From Actinomycetota bacterium (lineage in GTDB: Bacteria > Actinomycetota > Thermoleophilia > Gaiellales > Gaiellaceae): DNA of 26,754 nucleotides. The position numbers and the translations under genes are program-made. Shown here one piece after another: positions 1 to 8,927 of the stretch. The DNA is taken from contig JBKOVQ010000161.1 of NCBI GenBank assembly GCA_046723985.1, positions 1-26,754 of the forward strand, read 5' to 3'. Below the pieces are notes generated by a model, which did not search any database, was not told the DNA's origin, and saw only the letters and a program-made list of their open reading frames with translations. The stretch's first letter is position 1, and every line of letters begins with the position of its first letter.

Positions 1-2
1 GC

Positions 3-419
3 CCCGGGATCGAGCTCGGCCAGCTCGAGCCGCTCCGTGATTTCTGCTTCTGCACCGACGGCGTCCGCGGTCACTTGACAGTGGCTGCGAAGGGCATTCC
101 CGGCGACGTCTACGTCTACGGCCAGGGCGAGAACATCTCGATGGCGGACTGGAGCGACCTGATCATCCGCACGGGCGAGGAGCACGGCTTCTGGCCTGCC
201 GGTCGGCATGTGGTCTCGACCGAGGCGCGCTACCGGCCAGGCGCCAGCGAGGTGATGGCCCTGCGCGTCGGCTACGAGAAGCTGAACCGCGAGACGGGCT
301 GGCAGCCGAAGATCAGCTGGGAGGAGGGTGTCCTCCGGACGATCGCCTGGTACGCCGAGAACCGCGACGGGTGGATCGGCCGGGTCGACTGGCTGAAGCC
401 GGAGCTCCCCGAGCGATGA
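3..419 (+). CDS. NAD-dependent sugar-nucleotide 4,6-dehydratase (Gmd/LegB-like extended SDR), 5'-partial
   Basis: Frame is open from base 3 ([25 protein letters not shown]...[12 protein letters not shown]...[20 protein letters not shown]), a typical C-terminal half of an extended-SDR dehydratase. Its TGA overlaps the next ATG (ATGA, 416-419) and it lies directly upstream of fcl. Substrate is not determinable from this fragment. Confidence 0.75.
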   Translation, partial: PGIELGQLEPLRDFCFCTDGVRGHLTVAAKGIPGDVYVYGQGENISMADWSDLIIRTGEEHGFWPAGRHVVSTEARYRPGASEVMALRVGYEKLNRETGWQPKISWEEGVLRTIAWYAENRDGWIGRVDWLKPELPER

Positions 420-1348
420 CGCGCATTCTCGTCACCGGCGGTGGCGGGTTCCTCGGCTCGCACCTCGTCGAGCGGCTCCGCGAGCTGGGCGGCGATCCAG
501 TCGTCGCCCGTCGGGCCGACTACGACGTCAGCCGCTGGGACGACGCCGACCGGCTTTTCGGCGACGCACGGCCGGAGCTCGTGTTCCATCTCGCCGCCGA
601 GGTGGGCGGCATCGGCGCGAACCGCGTCAACCCGGGGCGGTACTGGTACGCGAACCTCCAGATGGGCGTGAACGTGCTCGAGCTGTCGCGCCTCCACGGG
701 GTCGAGAAGCTCGTGATCGCCGGCACGGTCTGCGGCTACCCCAAGCTCGCACCGGTCCCGTTCCGCGAGGACGACTTCTGGGACGGCTATCCCGAGGAGA
801 CGAACGCGCCCTACGGGATCGCGAAGAAGTCGCTGCTCGTCGGCGCGCAAAGCTACCGCGAGCAGTACGGCGTGAACGCGATCTTCCTGCTCCCGACGAA
901 CCTCTACGGACCGCGCGACAATTTCGATCTGGAGACGTCGCACGTGATCCCGGCGCTGATCCGGAAGATGATCGAGTCGCCCGACGAGATCGTGCTCTGG
1001 GGGGACGGGTCGCCGAGCCGCGAGTACCTGTACGCCGAGGACTGTGCGGAAGGCTTCCTCCTCGCCGCCGAGCGCTACGACGGACCGGAGCCGGTCAACC
1101 TCGGCACCGGCGTCGAGACGACGATCCGGGAGACGGCGGAGCTCGTCGCGGAGCTGACGGGCTTCACCGGGGAGATCCAGTGGGACGAGTCGATGCCGAA
1201 CGGCCAGCCGCGACGGAGCCTCGACCCCTCGCGGGCAAAAGAGCTGTTCGGGTTCGAGGCGAGGACGCCGCTGCGCGAGGGGCTCGAGCGGACGATCGCC
1301 TGGTACCGCACACAGGTGCCGCGCAGCAGGCTCCATGGCGCTCCGTGA
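416..1348 (+). CDS. fcl: GDP-L-fucose synthase (GDP-4-keto-6-deoxymannose epimerase/reductase), 310 aa
   Basis: [14 protein letters not shown] Rossmann motif; [68 protein letters not shown]. Start trimmed from 371 to the ATGA-coupled ATG at 416. Confidence 0.92.
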   Translation: MTRILVTGGGGFLGSHLVERLRELGGDPVVARRADYDVSRWDDADRLFGDARPELVFHLAAEVGGIGANRVNPGRYWYANLQMGVNVLELSRLHGVEKLVIAGTVCGYPKLAPVPFREDDFWDGYPEETNAPYGIAKKSLLVGAQSYREQYGVNAIFLLPTNLYGPRDNFDLETSHVIPALIRKMIESPDEIVLWGDGSPSREYLYAEDCAEGFLLAAERYDGPEPVNLGTGVETTIRETAELVAELTGFTGEIQWDESMPNGQPRRSLDPSRAKELFGFEARTPLREGLERTIAWYRTQVPRSRLHGAP

Positions 1349-3053
1349 GCGGGCGCGGCCGCTCTGGTCGCTGATCGTCCGGCATCAACCCTGGAGCGTC
1401 CTCGGACCGCTGCTCGTCGCCCAGTGGCTCTGTCTGCTCGTCCTGGCGCTCACGGTCGAGCACAACGGCTGGCTCTACTACCAGGGGGGCGACCAGTCGT
1501 ACTACTGGACGGACGCGCACCAGCTCTCGGAGTGGACGCTCCCCGTCGCGCTCGTCGGCTACGCCTGGTCGTATCTCCTGATCCCGATCGCCTTCTTCGC
1601 CGGCGCGAACGTTCTTTCCGGCCTGCCGGTCGTGATCGTGCTGAACGCCTTGATCCTCCTGCCCGTTGCCCTGCTCTGCGTGTACGGGATCGCGACGCGG
1701 ATCGCGGGGCGGACCTTCGGGTACTGGGCTGCCTTCCTCTGGGTGATCGTCCCGTACGTGACCATCCCGATGTTCGACCAGCGCTACCACGAGAAGTACG
1801 TCGACATCACGCTTCCGCAGTCGCTCGGCCTGACCGTCCTCGGCGACTTCCCCTCCACCGTCTTCCTGCTCGTCACCGCGTACCTGATCGTCCGCGCGCT
1901 GGACACGCGCGACTGGGCCGACGCAGTGCTCGCCGGGCTGACCGGCGGCTTCGCGATCGGGCTGAAGCCGTCGAACTCGCTTTTCTTCGGCGCGGCGGTG
2001 CTCTGCCTGGTGGTCGCGCGGCGCTGGACGCAGACCGCAGCGTTCGCGGCGGCGCTCGTTCCCGGTCTGTTCCTGCTCGCGCTCTGGAAGCAGCGCGGGC
2101 TCGGCGAGCTGCCGGCGTTCTCCTCGCCCGGGACCAGCGGCGGCTCCCTGGCGGCGATCGGAGCGGATGCACCAATCGGGTCGCTGGTCTCGCCGGTCCG
2201 CCGCTACGTCGACCTCAACTGGCACCAGCTGCACCAGAACATCGACGGCATACGCGAGTTCTTCTGGGCGGTGCGGCCGCTCGAGTTCGTCCCCTTCGCC
2301 GGACTGCTGGCGATCGGCCGCCGCTCCTGGCCGAAGGCGATCCTCGTCTTCGGCTGGTTCATCACCTTCCTCGTGGTCAAGGGAACGGACGACAAGGCGA
2401 ACATCGAGGACGCGAGCTTCTTCCGGCTGCTGATGCCGAGCTTCCCCGCGTTCCTGCTGCTGCTCGCGTCGATCCCGCTGCTGGTGCCGGCCTTCTCGTG
2501 GACGCGGAAGGTGCTGCCCGACCCGCTGCCCGCGCTCCCGACCCGGCACGCCGGAGGTCGAGCGCTCGCCGTCGCCGTCGTCGTCCTCGTCGCGCTGCCG
2601 CTGCTGTTCGTCGCCGGGACGATCCCGCAGAGCACGGCGGAGGCGGTCTCGTACCCGTTCCAGGACGTCTACGTCCCGGTCCGGGACCTCGGGCTGCGGG
2701 TGACCCACGACGGCGGAACGCAGGTGCTGACGTGGAAACGGCCCTACGACGGCACGACAAAGGTCTTCTACACGATCCTCCGCTCGCGGCCGTTCGCACC
2801 GGACCCCTCGTCGAACGGCGACCGTAAGGCGATCAACGGGCTCGCGTGTCGCGATCGGCAGCACGGCGCCCCGCTCAACTGCCTTCTGTACATGAATCAC
2901 CTGTCGAGCGTCCCGCAGCAGCGGTACATCGACCGGGCACCGCCGGGCCGCTGGACATACCGCGTCGGCATGACCGCGAACTGGAAGAACGACCACTCGC
3001 TCGGCGACATCATGATCGTCAGCACGCCGGTCACGGTGAACGTCGCCGGATGA
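1335..3053 (+). CDS. Polytopic membrane protein, putative GT-C-fold glycosyltransferase with a C-terminal soluble domain, 572 aa
   Basis: About 11-13 hydrophobic segments, an acidic loop after TM1 ([11 protein letters not shown]), a GLKPSN motif and a hydrophilic C-terminal region of about 120 aa. Overlaps fcl by 14 nt. The GT-C assignment is inference from topology and motifs. Confidence 0.65.
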   Translation: MALRERARPLWSLIVRHQPWSVLGPLLVAQWLCLLVLALTVEHNGWLYYQGGDQSYYWTDAHQLSEWTLPVALVGYAWSYLLIPIAFFAGANVLSGLPVVIVLNALILLPVALLCVYGIATRIAGRTFGYWAAFLWVIVPYVTIPMFDQRYHEKYVDITLPQSLGLTVLGDFPSTVFLLVTAYLIVRALDTRDWADAVLAGLTGGFAIGLKPSNSLFFGAAVLCLVVARRWTQTAAFAAALVPGLFLLALWKQRGLGELPAFSSPGTSGGSLAAIGADAPIGSLVSPVRRYVDLNWHQLHQNIDGIREFFWAVRPLEFVPFAGLLAIGRRSWPKAILVFGWFITFLVVKGTDDKANIEDASFFRLLMPSFPAFLLLLASIPLLVPAFSWTRKVLPDPLPALPTRHAGGRALAVAVVVLVALPLLFVAGTIPQSTAEAVSYPFQDVYVPVRDLGLRVTHDGGTQVLTWKRPYDGTTKVFYTILRSRPFAPDPSSNGDRKAINGLACRDRQHGAPLNCLLYMNHLSSVPQQRYIDRAPPGRWTYRVGMTANWKNDHSLGDIMIVSTPVTVNVAG

Positions 3054-4264
3054 GCGGCAGGCTCACCGTCGCCTACCGGCTCGCCGCGGCAGGCGGCTGG
3101 CTGGCGTTCGTCTGGGCGACCACGCACTGGTACTCCTGGCAGCAGACGATCGACCTGCTGTTCGGCTCCGACGCCCAGGAGTACGAGACGATCGCGAAGG
3201 CGGCGCCGGGGTTCCCGGACGAGGCGTTGCCCTCGCAGCACGCCAACCGCTTCGCTCCGCACTACCTGGTCGGGCTCGGGTCCGATGCTCTCCACGTCGG
3301 CGACCGGCCCCTGTACTACGTGTGCGCGTTCCTGCTCCTGCTGGCGATCCTGGTGGTGTTCGACCGGCTGCTCCGTCCGTTCCGGCTCGGCCGGATCGAG
3401 TGGGCTCTCTGCATCGGGGCGCTGGTGACGAACCCGTACCTGTACCGCTTCCTCGCGCTCGCGCCCGGGCGCCTCGCGGACTTGGTGTTCATCATCGGCG
3501 GCGCGCTGGCGCTGCTCGGCCTGCTGCGGGCGAATCCGTGGCTCCTGGTCGGCGGGCTCGTGGTGGCGACGCTCGGACGCAGTGAGTCCGTTTTCTCGCT
3601 CGCCGTGCTCGCGCCGATCGGCGTGCTCGTCTCGCCCGACTGGCGCCCGCTCTCGCACGGACGACGCTGGGGGAGCGCCGCCGCGTCGCTGCTCGCCCCG
3701 CTCGGCGTCTACGGGCTGATCGTGATCGCCGACGACAGCTTCTCGCGGCGCGACCATCCCGGCTTCTGGGGGCTGACGATCTTCGGGACGATGCGTGACC
3801 TGCCCGGGAGCGCGGGCACGCTCGGGCTCCACGGCTCGCGGGTGGCGATCGGGGTGGTGGGCGCGGCGGCGCTGATCGCCGGCGCGCTCGTCGCCCGATG
3901 GCTCGCGCGCCCCGCCAGAAGGCTGCCGTTCGCGTTGTGGGCCTCGCTCGTCGCCGGGATCGCGGTCTCCGGCGAGGCGCTGATCCTCAGCCCGGGCTTC
4001 ATCCACGGGAATTCGCCGCTCCTCTCCGCCCTCGGCGCGGTCTTCTTCGTCGTAGCCGCCGGCGCAGCCCTGCAGGGCTGGGCGCTGAGCGTGCGGGCGG
4101 GCGCGGTCGGGATCGTCGGCCTCGCGGTCGTCTCGCTCCACCACCGTTTCAGCACGGTCAGCCCGGTGTCGACGCCGGGACGCTACGCCGGGCTCGCCGC
4201 GATCGCCGCAGCGGCCGTCGCGATCGCGGTCGCGACCGGCGCGCGGCCGCAGCGCGCCGTCTAG
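3050..4264 (+). CDS. Polytopic membrane protein, possible GT-C-like, 404 aa
   Basis: ATGA-coupled start at 3050 (MSGRLTVAY...). The loop after TM1 reads FGSDAQEYETIA, followed by many TM segments and an ATLGRSES motif. The supplied 2846 start is an extension overlapping the previous gene. Confidence 0.6.
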   Translation: MSGRLTVAYRLAAAGGWLAFVWATTHWYSWQQTIDLLFGSDAQEYETIAKAAPGFPDEALPSQHANRFAPHYLVGLGSDALHVGDRPLYYVCAFLLLLAILVVFDRLLRPFRLGRIEWALCIGALVTNPYLYRFLALAPGRLADLVFIIGGALALLGLLRANPWLLVGGLVVATLGRSESVFSLAVLAPIGVLVSPDWRPLSHGRRWGSAAASLLAPLGVYGLIVIADDSFSRRDHPGFWGLTIFGTMRDLPGSAGTLGLHGSRVAIGVVGAAALIAGALVARWLARPARRLPFALWASLVAGIAVSGEALILSPGFIHGNSPLLSALGAVFFVVAAGAALQGWALSVRAGAVGIVGLAVVSLHHRFSTVSPVSTPGRYAGLAAIAAAAVAIAVATGARPQRAV

Positions 4265-4611
4265 CCTCGCTCGCGGAGCTGCTGCTCGAGCAGGGCGAGC
4301 CGCTGCGCGAGCACGGTGTTCTGGTCGTGGAGCTTGGAGATCACCGTCGAGTAGTGCAGCAGCACGAGCAGGACGAAGAGCGCGCCGACCGCGAACAGCA
4401 CCGCGGGCGGGTACGTCTCGATCCCGACCCAGCCGGCGATCGTGTTCAGCCCGGAGCGCCACAGGGACAACGCGAGCAGGACGACGCCCGTGAGCAGCCA
4501 GAGGAGCGCGTAGCGTTCGCGCAGCCGCCGGCTGCGGATCAGTTCGAGCACGACCACGAGCAGGATCACCGAGGCGATCGCGGCGACGATGGAGACGACG
4601 AGTGGGGTCAC
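4261..4611 (-). CDS. DUF2304-family small membrane protein, 116 aa
   Basis: ELIRSRRLRERYALLW, three TM helices, YPPAVLF and a C-terminal coiled tail (ISKLHDQNTVLAQRLALLE). GTGA-coupled to the upstream GT2, the usual GT2 + DUF2304 arrangement. Confidence 0.85.
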   Translation of the reverse strand: MTPLVVSIVAAIASVILLVVVLELIRSRRLRERYALLWLLTGVVLLALSLWRSGLNTIAGWVGIETYPPAVLFAVGALFVLLVLLHYSTVISKLHDQNTVLAQRLALLEQQLRERG

Positions 4612-5381
4612 TTCACCTCCTCCAGCGGGGTGACGTTCTTGCGGAACAGGCCGACGAACAGGGCGAGCAGCACCTTCACCATGTAGTAGACGGAGGCGAG
4701 TGCGCCGATCGACGAACGGCCGGCGGAGCGCTCGCGCATCTGCACCGGCACCTCCGTCATCCGCAGCTGGTGCTTGTGCACCATCAGCGCCGCCTCGACC
4801 TCGGGGTAGTCGTGCGGGTAGTCGGCCGCGAACAGGGCGATCGCCCGGCGGTTGAGGGCCTGGAACCCCGAGGTCGGGTCGGTGACCCGGCGGCCGACGA
4901 TCAGCGACAGGGTCTTCGCCAGGATCGAGATCCCGATCCGCCGCGACCGCGACGACCGGTAGCCGCCGTCACTTGCAAAACGCGACCCGACGACGATGTC
5001 GGCCTCGTCCGCGATGACAGGCGCGAGCAGGGCACCGAGCTGGGCCGGATCGTGCTGCCCGTCGCCGTCGACCCGAACCGCCACCTGGAACCCGTTCTCG
5101 AACGCGTAGCGGAAGCCGGTCTGCACGGCCCCGCCGATCCCGAGGTTGAACGGAAGCCGGACGACGTGCGCACCCAACCGCTCGGCGGCCGCCGCCGTGG
5201 CGTCCGTCGAGCCGTCGTCGACGACCACGATCTCGAAGTCGGGGTCGAACGCGCGGATCTCCTCGATCACGTCGGAGACGCAGTCCTCCTCGTTGAACGC
5301 GGGGACGATTGCGATCCGCCTGACCGCCACCGGGGATACGGACGCGCCCGCGGGGCGGCTCTCGGTCACGATCTCAGCCAT
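4608..5381 (-). CDS. GT2 glycosyltransferase, DPM1-like polyprenyl-phosphate sugar synthase, 257 aa
   Basis: IVPAFNEE, VVVDDGSTDAT, NLGIGGAVQTGF, VDGDGQHDP, DIVVGSRF, DPTSGFQA, YPEVE, ERSAGRSS. ATG at 5381 overlaps the upstream stop by 8 nt. Confidence 0.9.
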   Translation of the reverse strand: MAEIVTESRPAGASVSPVAVRRIAIVPAFNEEDCVSDVIEEIRAFDPDFEIVVVDDGSTDATAAAAERLGAHVVRLPFNLGIGGAVQTGFRYAFENGFQVAVRVDGDGQHDPAQLGALLAPVIADEADIVVGSRFASDGGYRSSRSRRIGISILAKTLSLIVGRRVTDPTSGFQALNRRAIALFAADYPHDYPEVEAALMVHKHQLRMTEVPVQMRERSAGRSSIGALASVYYMVKVLLALFVGLFRKNVTPLEEVK

Positions 5382-6582
5382 GCACCGCCTCCGGGACGCC
5401 GAGCCCGAGCAGGCCGAGCAGCCGGCGGGCTCGGTGCAGGAACGTGTGCTCCTCGAGGGCCCGTTCCCGCGCGGCGCGTCCCATCTCCTCGGCCTGGGCC
5501 GGATCGTCCAACAGCTGCGCGTAGGCGTCGGCCGCCTGGTCGGCGTTCTCGACGACGAGCAGCTCGCGGCCGGGCTCGAACCAGCGCTCGATCCCCGCAT
5601 GCGGGTTGGAGACGATGGTTGCGCCCGACATGGCCAGCTCGAACGGCCGAGATGTGGACGACGCGTACACGGAGGCGTGAGCCCGGCGGGTGACGTTCAG
5701 GTTGATCCGCGCCGCGGAGATCGCCCGCGAGAAGACGTTGAACGGCACGTCGCCGGCCAGCCGCGCCCGGCCGATGTCGCCGCGGAAGTCCCGCCCGCCC
5801 AGAGAGAAGTCCGCGTCCAGCCGCCTGCTCGGCTCGCCGATCATCGCCGCCGTCCACTCCTGGCGGAACTTGTCGCCGTACCCGTAGAAGAAGATGTCCG
5901 TCTCCTTGTCGACGTCGTGCGGCCGGAACAGCTCGGGGTCGGCGCCCCAGAAGACCGCCTCGGCGCGGCGGGCGCCGAGCTCGCGCAGCCGGTCGAGACC
6001 CCCCTGCGAATTGGAGACGACCAGGTCGTACTCCGAGGGGTCGGCGCCGAAGTAGTAGTTGAAGCCGGTGTCGTGCCCGCCGAACTCCGGCAGGCTCATC
6101 GGTACGTCGCCGTCGTAGAAGAGGACCGGCACGCCGAAGCGCTCACGGAGGAGCGTCGGGATCCCGCGGAGGTGGCTCATCGGAACGGTGAAGACGAGGA
6201 CCGCGTCCACGTCGCGCTCACGCTCGAGCAGCTCGACGAGGTGGGTCCGCCAGCGGGGCGTGACCCAGCGCCAGATCGCCTGGCGGACGAAGCGGTCGGT
6301 GTCACCGGGGTCGCGTTCGGCACGGCGGAGGTAGCGGTCGCCCTTCACGCGGGCTGCCAGGTCGCGCACGCGCGCAAAGGCTTCGCCCTCGTAGTAACAG
6401 GGATTCGCTGCGGTGCGCCACCACGGCGACTCCACCGGGCGGCCTCGGTACGGCGTGACGATCAGGTCGCAGCCGGCCTCGTGCAGCCCCTTCCAGAGCT
6501 GCCACCAGGCGGGCGTGCAGCCGTAGCGGAAATCGAGGTCGACCGCGGACGCGACCGCGAGGATCTTCGGGGCGGTCTTCAC
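5374..6582 (-). CDS. CgeB-like glycosyltransferase (Glyco_trans_1_2 type), 402 aa
   Basis: FYDGDVP, FWGADPELF, FYGYGDKFR and a C-terminal ARINLNVTR...STSRPFELAMSGATIVSN...FEPGRE...ALEEHTFLHRARRLL segment typical of this family. GTG at 6582 (MKTAPKILAV) follows the upstream stop by 4 nt and has TACCCT 8 nt upstream. Confidence 0.75.
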   Translation of the reverse strand: MKTAPKILAVASAVDLDFRYGCTPAWWQLWKGLHEAGCDLIVTPYRGRPVESPWWRTAANPCYYEGEAFARVRDLAARVKGDRYLRRAERDPGDTDRFVRQAIWRWVTPRWRTHLVELLERERDVDAVLVFTVPMSHLRGIPTLLRERFGVPVLFYDGDVPMSLPEFGGHDTGFNYYFGADPSEYDLVVSNSQGGLDRLRELGARRAEAVFWGADPELFRPHDVDKETDIFFYGYGDKFRQEWTAAMIGEPSRRLDADFSLGGRDFRGDIGRARLAGDVPFNVFSRAISAARINLNVTRRAHASVYASSTSRPFELAMSGATIVSNPHAGIERWFEPGRELLVVENADQAADAYAQLLDDPAQAEEMGRAARERALEEHTFLHRARRLLGLLGLGVPEAVHG

Positions 6583-6586
6583 CGCG

Positions 6587-7354
6587 TCAAAGGGTAGTGG
6601 CCGTCGCGGCGCGACAGATGCGTGCCTCCGTCCAGTACCGGAACGGGAAGCGCGACGCGGGCTGGGCCTCGCCGAGCTCGCGGATCTGCGCAAGTACTTC
6701 TGTCCGGTCCTCGTCCGGCAGCCGCGCGACGTACGAGATCGTGCCGATCCGCTCGGCGAGACCCTCGGAATCGAACCACTGCTCGAACGTGGTCGAGAAC
6801 TCCTCGGCCGGACCGAACAGCGGGCTTGCATCCACGATCGTGATCCAGCCGAGGATCTGCTCTACCCCCGGCAGGTAGCGGCCGACGATCGCCTGGACCT
6901 CCCGCTGGAGCGGATCCGCGAGGTCGCGGCCGTTCCCGACCGTGGCGAGGGCGCCGCCGAGGACGAGCACACGGTGGATCTCCTCGAGCCCCCGCTCCGT
7001 GTCGAACCAGTGGAACGCCGAGGCGGCGACCACGGCGTCCACCGAGCCGTCCGCAAGCGGCAGGTCCTCCGCCGAGCCCGCGAGCACCTCGGCACCGGGG
7101 ACGACCGCCTCGAGCTGCGCGCGCATCTCCGGGAGCGGCTCGACCGCGATCACCCGAGCGCCGGTGGGGACGAGATCGCGGGTCAGCTTCCCGGTCCCGG
7201 CCCCGAGATCGACGACGGTCGTACCCGGCCGGAGCGCGAGCCGGTCGGCGAGCCAGTCCACGAGCGCCGCCGGGTAGGTCGGCCGACGCCGCTCGTAGCT
7301 GTCGGCGACGGTGCCGAACGCGGTGAACGAAGAGCGGTCGAAGCCCCCGCTCAG
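6587..7354 (-). CDS. Class I SAM-dependent methyltransferase, 255 aa with a probable CTG start (224 aa from the first GTG at 7261)
   Basis: VVDLGAGTGKLT, VIAVEP, GSAEDLPLADGSVDAV, AFHWFD, EIHRVL. The family-typical N-terminal FGTVADSYERRRPTYP lies upstream of the first ATG/GTG/TTG. A CTG at 7354 overlaps the upstream TGA (CTGA). The protein call is solid and the start position is inference. Confidence 0.8.
   Translation of the reverse strand: MSGGFDRSSFTAFGTVADSYERRRPTYPAALVDWLADRLALRPGTTVVDLGAGTGKLTRDLVPTGARVIAVEPLPEMRAQLEAVVPGAEVLAGSAEDLPLADGSVDAVVAASAFHWFDTERGLEEIHRVLVLGGALATVGNGRDLADPLQREVQAIVGRYLPGVEQILGWITIVDASPLFGPAEEFSTTFEQWFDSEGLAERIGTISYVARLPDEDRTEVLAQIRELGEAQPASRFPFRYWTEARICRAATATTL
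6591..6596 (-). promoter_or_regulatory. Candidate -10 element TACCCT
   Basis: TANNNT 8 nt upstream of the GTG at 6582, lying within the last codons of the methyltransferase. No -35 recognised. Confidence 0.4.
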
Positions 7355-8883
7355 TAGGCCCCCCGGCCGGCGAGAACCGCAGGCAGGGTCTTCGCCAGGA
7401 TCGAGATGTCAAGCCAGATCGACCAGTTTTCGAGGTAGTAGAAGTCGAGCCGCACGAGGTCGTCGAACGAGAGGTCGGAGCGGCCCGAGATCTGCCAGAG
7501 GCCGGTCATCCCGGGCAGTACGTTCGAGCGCCGGCGGTGCCAGTCCTCGAGCAGCGCGTGGTCGCGCAGAGGCAAGGGCCGAGGCCCGACGAGGCTCATC
7601 TGTCCACGCAACACGTTGAGCAGATTGGGCAGCTCGTCGATCGAGAAGCGGCGGAGCAGCCTGCCGACCGGCGTGACCCGCGGGTCGTCTTTGATCTTGA
7701 AGAGTGCGCCTTCGGCCTCGTTCTCCCGCTCGAGCTCGGCCTGCCGGTCCGCGGCGCCGGCGACCATCGTCCGGAACTTGATCATCCCGAAGGTCTGCTC
7801 GCCGAGGCCGATGCGCGGGTCGCGGTAGAAGACCGGCCCCGGCGAGGTCAGCTTGATCGCCGCCGCGATCGCCAGCCAGAGTGGAAGGCCGACGACGATC
7901 ACGAAGCAGCTGACGAGCAGGTCGAACATCCGCTTGACCGCCCAGTCGGTTCCGGCGAACACGGGCGGCCTGAGCTCGAACAGCGGCAGACCCTGGCCCG
8001 GCACGTACTCGGCACGCTGCACGAGCAGCTCTGTCGTCTTCGGAGCGATCCTCACCTTTACGGCCGACCGGTGCGCGTGGTCGACGATCTGGAGCAGCTG
8101 CCGCTCGCTGTAGTCCGAGTCGGTGACGATCAGCTCGTCGGCCGGATGCTCCTCGAGCACAGGGCGCAGGTCGTCGACGCGGCCGAGCCGCGGCAGGTCG
8201 CGCGCCTCGTCGGCGTCCTCGCTGACGACGCCGACGAAGTCGTACTCGATCCCGCCGCGGACCGACCCGAGCGTGCGCAGGAGGTGGTCGAGGTGCTCGC
8301 CCTCGCCGACGACGATCGCCCGGCGGCGAACCCCGAAGACGTGCAGCAGCTCGCGGCTGATGGTGTCATAGCTCGCTCGGAGCAACCCGTCGACCACGAT
8401 CGCGATCACGAGCGCAGTCGGGATCAGGCCGAACGTATAGAAATCGTGGCCGGTGCCGAGTCCGAAGGCGAAGACGAGCAGTACGACGAGGATCAGGGAC
8501 GAGACGACGCGGCCGAAGCCGGCGCGGCGCTCCCGCTCGGCGTAGAGCCCCGCCTGCCAGAACACGAGGACCGTGACGAGGGCGACGAACGGGAACCAGT
8601 CCGCGAATCGCCCCGTCCAGATGATCCCCCAGTAGATCGGCGTGTTTCCGTAGTAGAGCTCGCGCAGGACGAGCGCGCCGTACAGCGCGAACCCGACCGA
8701 AACGAGGTCGATCGCGACGAGCGCGAGGACGCTCGCCAATCGGATGACGAGGTGCCGGAGCGGGCTGGAGGCGAGAAAATAGGGGCGGCTGCGCCTGATG
8801 TCGCCGGCGATCGGCGCGTCTTTCGGCTCCTTCGCGCCGGAAGCGGTCGCGACATCCGCAGGCGGAGCTTCCTTTGTTGCCAC
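7351..8883 (-). CDS. Polyprenyl glycosylphosphotransferase (priming sugar-1-phosphate transferase, WcaJ/WbaP/CpsE-type), 510 aa
   Basis: N-terminal TM helices, a RRAIVVGEG nucleotide-binding-like domain, KRMFDLL, and a C-terminal KFRTM, DDPRVTPVGRLLRRFSIDELP, GQMSLVGPRP, PGMTGLWQISGRS, YYLENWSIWLD. The sugar donor cannot be assigned. Confidence 0.93.
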   Translation of the reverse strand: MATKEAPPADVATASGAKEPKDAPIAGDIRRSRPYFLASSPLRHLVIRLASVLALVAIDLVSVGFALYGALVLRELYYGNTPIYWGIIWTGRFADWFPFVALVTVLVFWQAGLYAERERRAGFGRVVSSLILVVLLVFAFGLGTGHDFYTFGLIPTALVIAIVVDGLLRASYDTISRELLHVFGVRRRAIVVGEGEHLDHLLRTLGSVRGGIEYDFVGVVSEDADEARDLPRLGRVDDLRPVLEEHPADELIVTDSDYSERQLLQIVDHAHRSAVKVRIAPKTTELLVQRAEYVPGQGLPLFELRPPVFAGTDWAVKRMFDLLVSCFVIVVGLPLWLAIAAAIKLTSPGPVFYRDPRIGLGEQTFGMIKFRTMVAGAADRQAELERENEAEGALFKIKDDPRVTPVGRLLRRFSIDELPNLLNVLRGQMSLVGPRPLPLRDHALLEDWHRRRSNVLPGMTGLWQISGRSDLSFDDLVRLDFYYLENWSIWLDISILAKTLPAVLAGRGAY

Positions 8884-8892
8884 GAACGAACG

Positions 8893-8898
8893 AGTTTA
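8893..8898 (-). promoter_or_regulatory. Candidate -10 element TAAACT
   Basis: TANNNT 9 nt upstream of the GTG at 8883, in a 44-nt divergent gap. Confidence 0.55.
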
Positions 8899-8927
8899 CC
8901 GGGGCGCCGTCCGGGCAATTCGAAGGC

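Noticed and set aside
1164-4462. Long minus-strand ORFs (1164-2996, 610 aa; 2897-4462, 521 aa) and 272-1336
   Set aside because: These are antisense shadows of real plus-strand genes. They are Arg/Gly/Pro-rich with no family motifs, as expected from stop-codon scarcity at high GC.
8913-8918. TTGCCC (minus strand) as the -35 for the TAAACT -10
   Set aside because: The spacer is only 14 nt, too short for a sigma70-type promoter.
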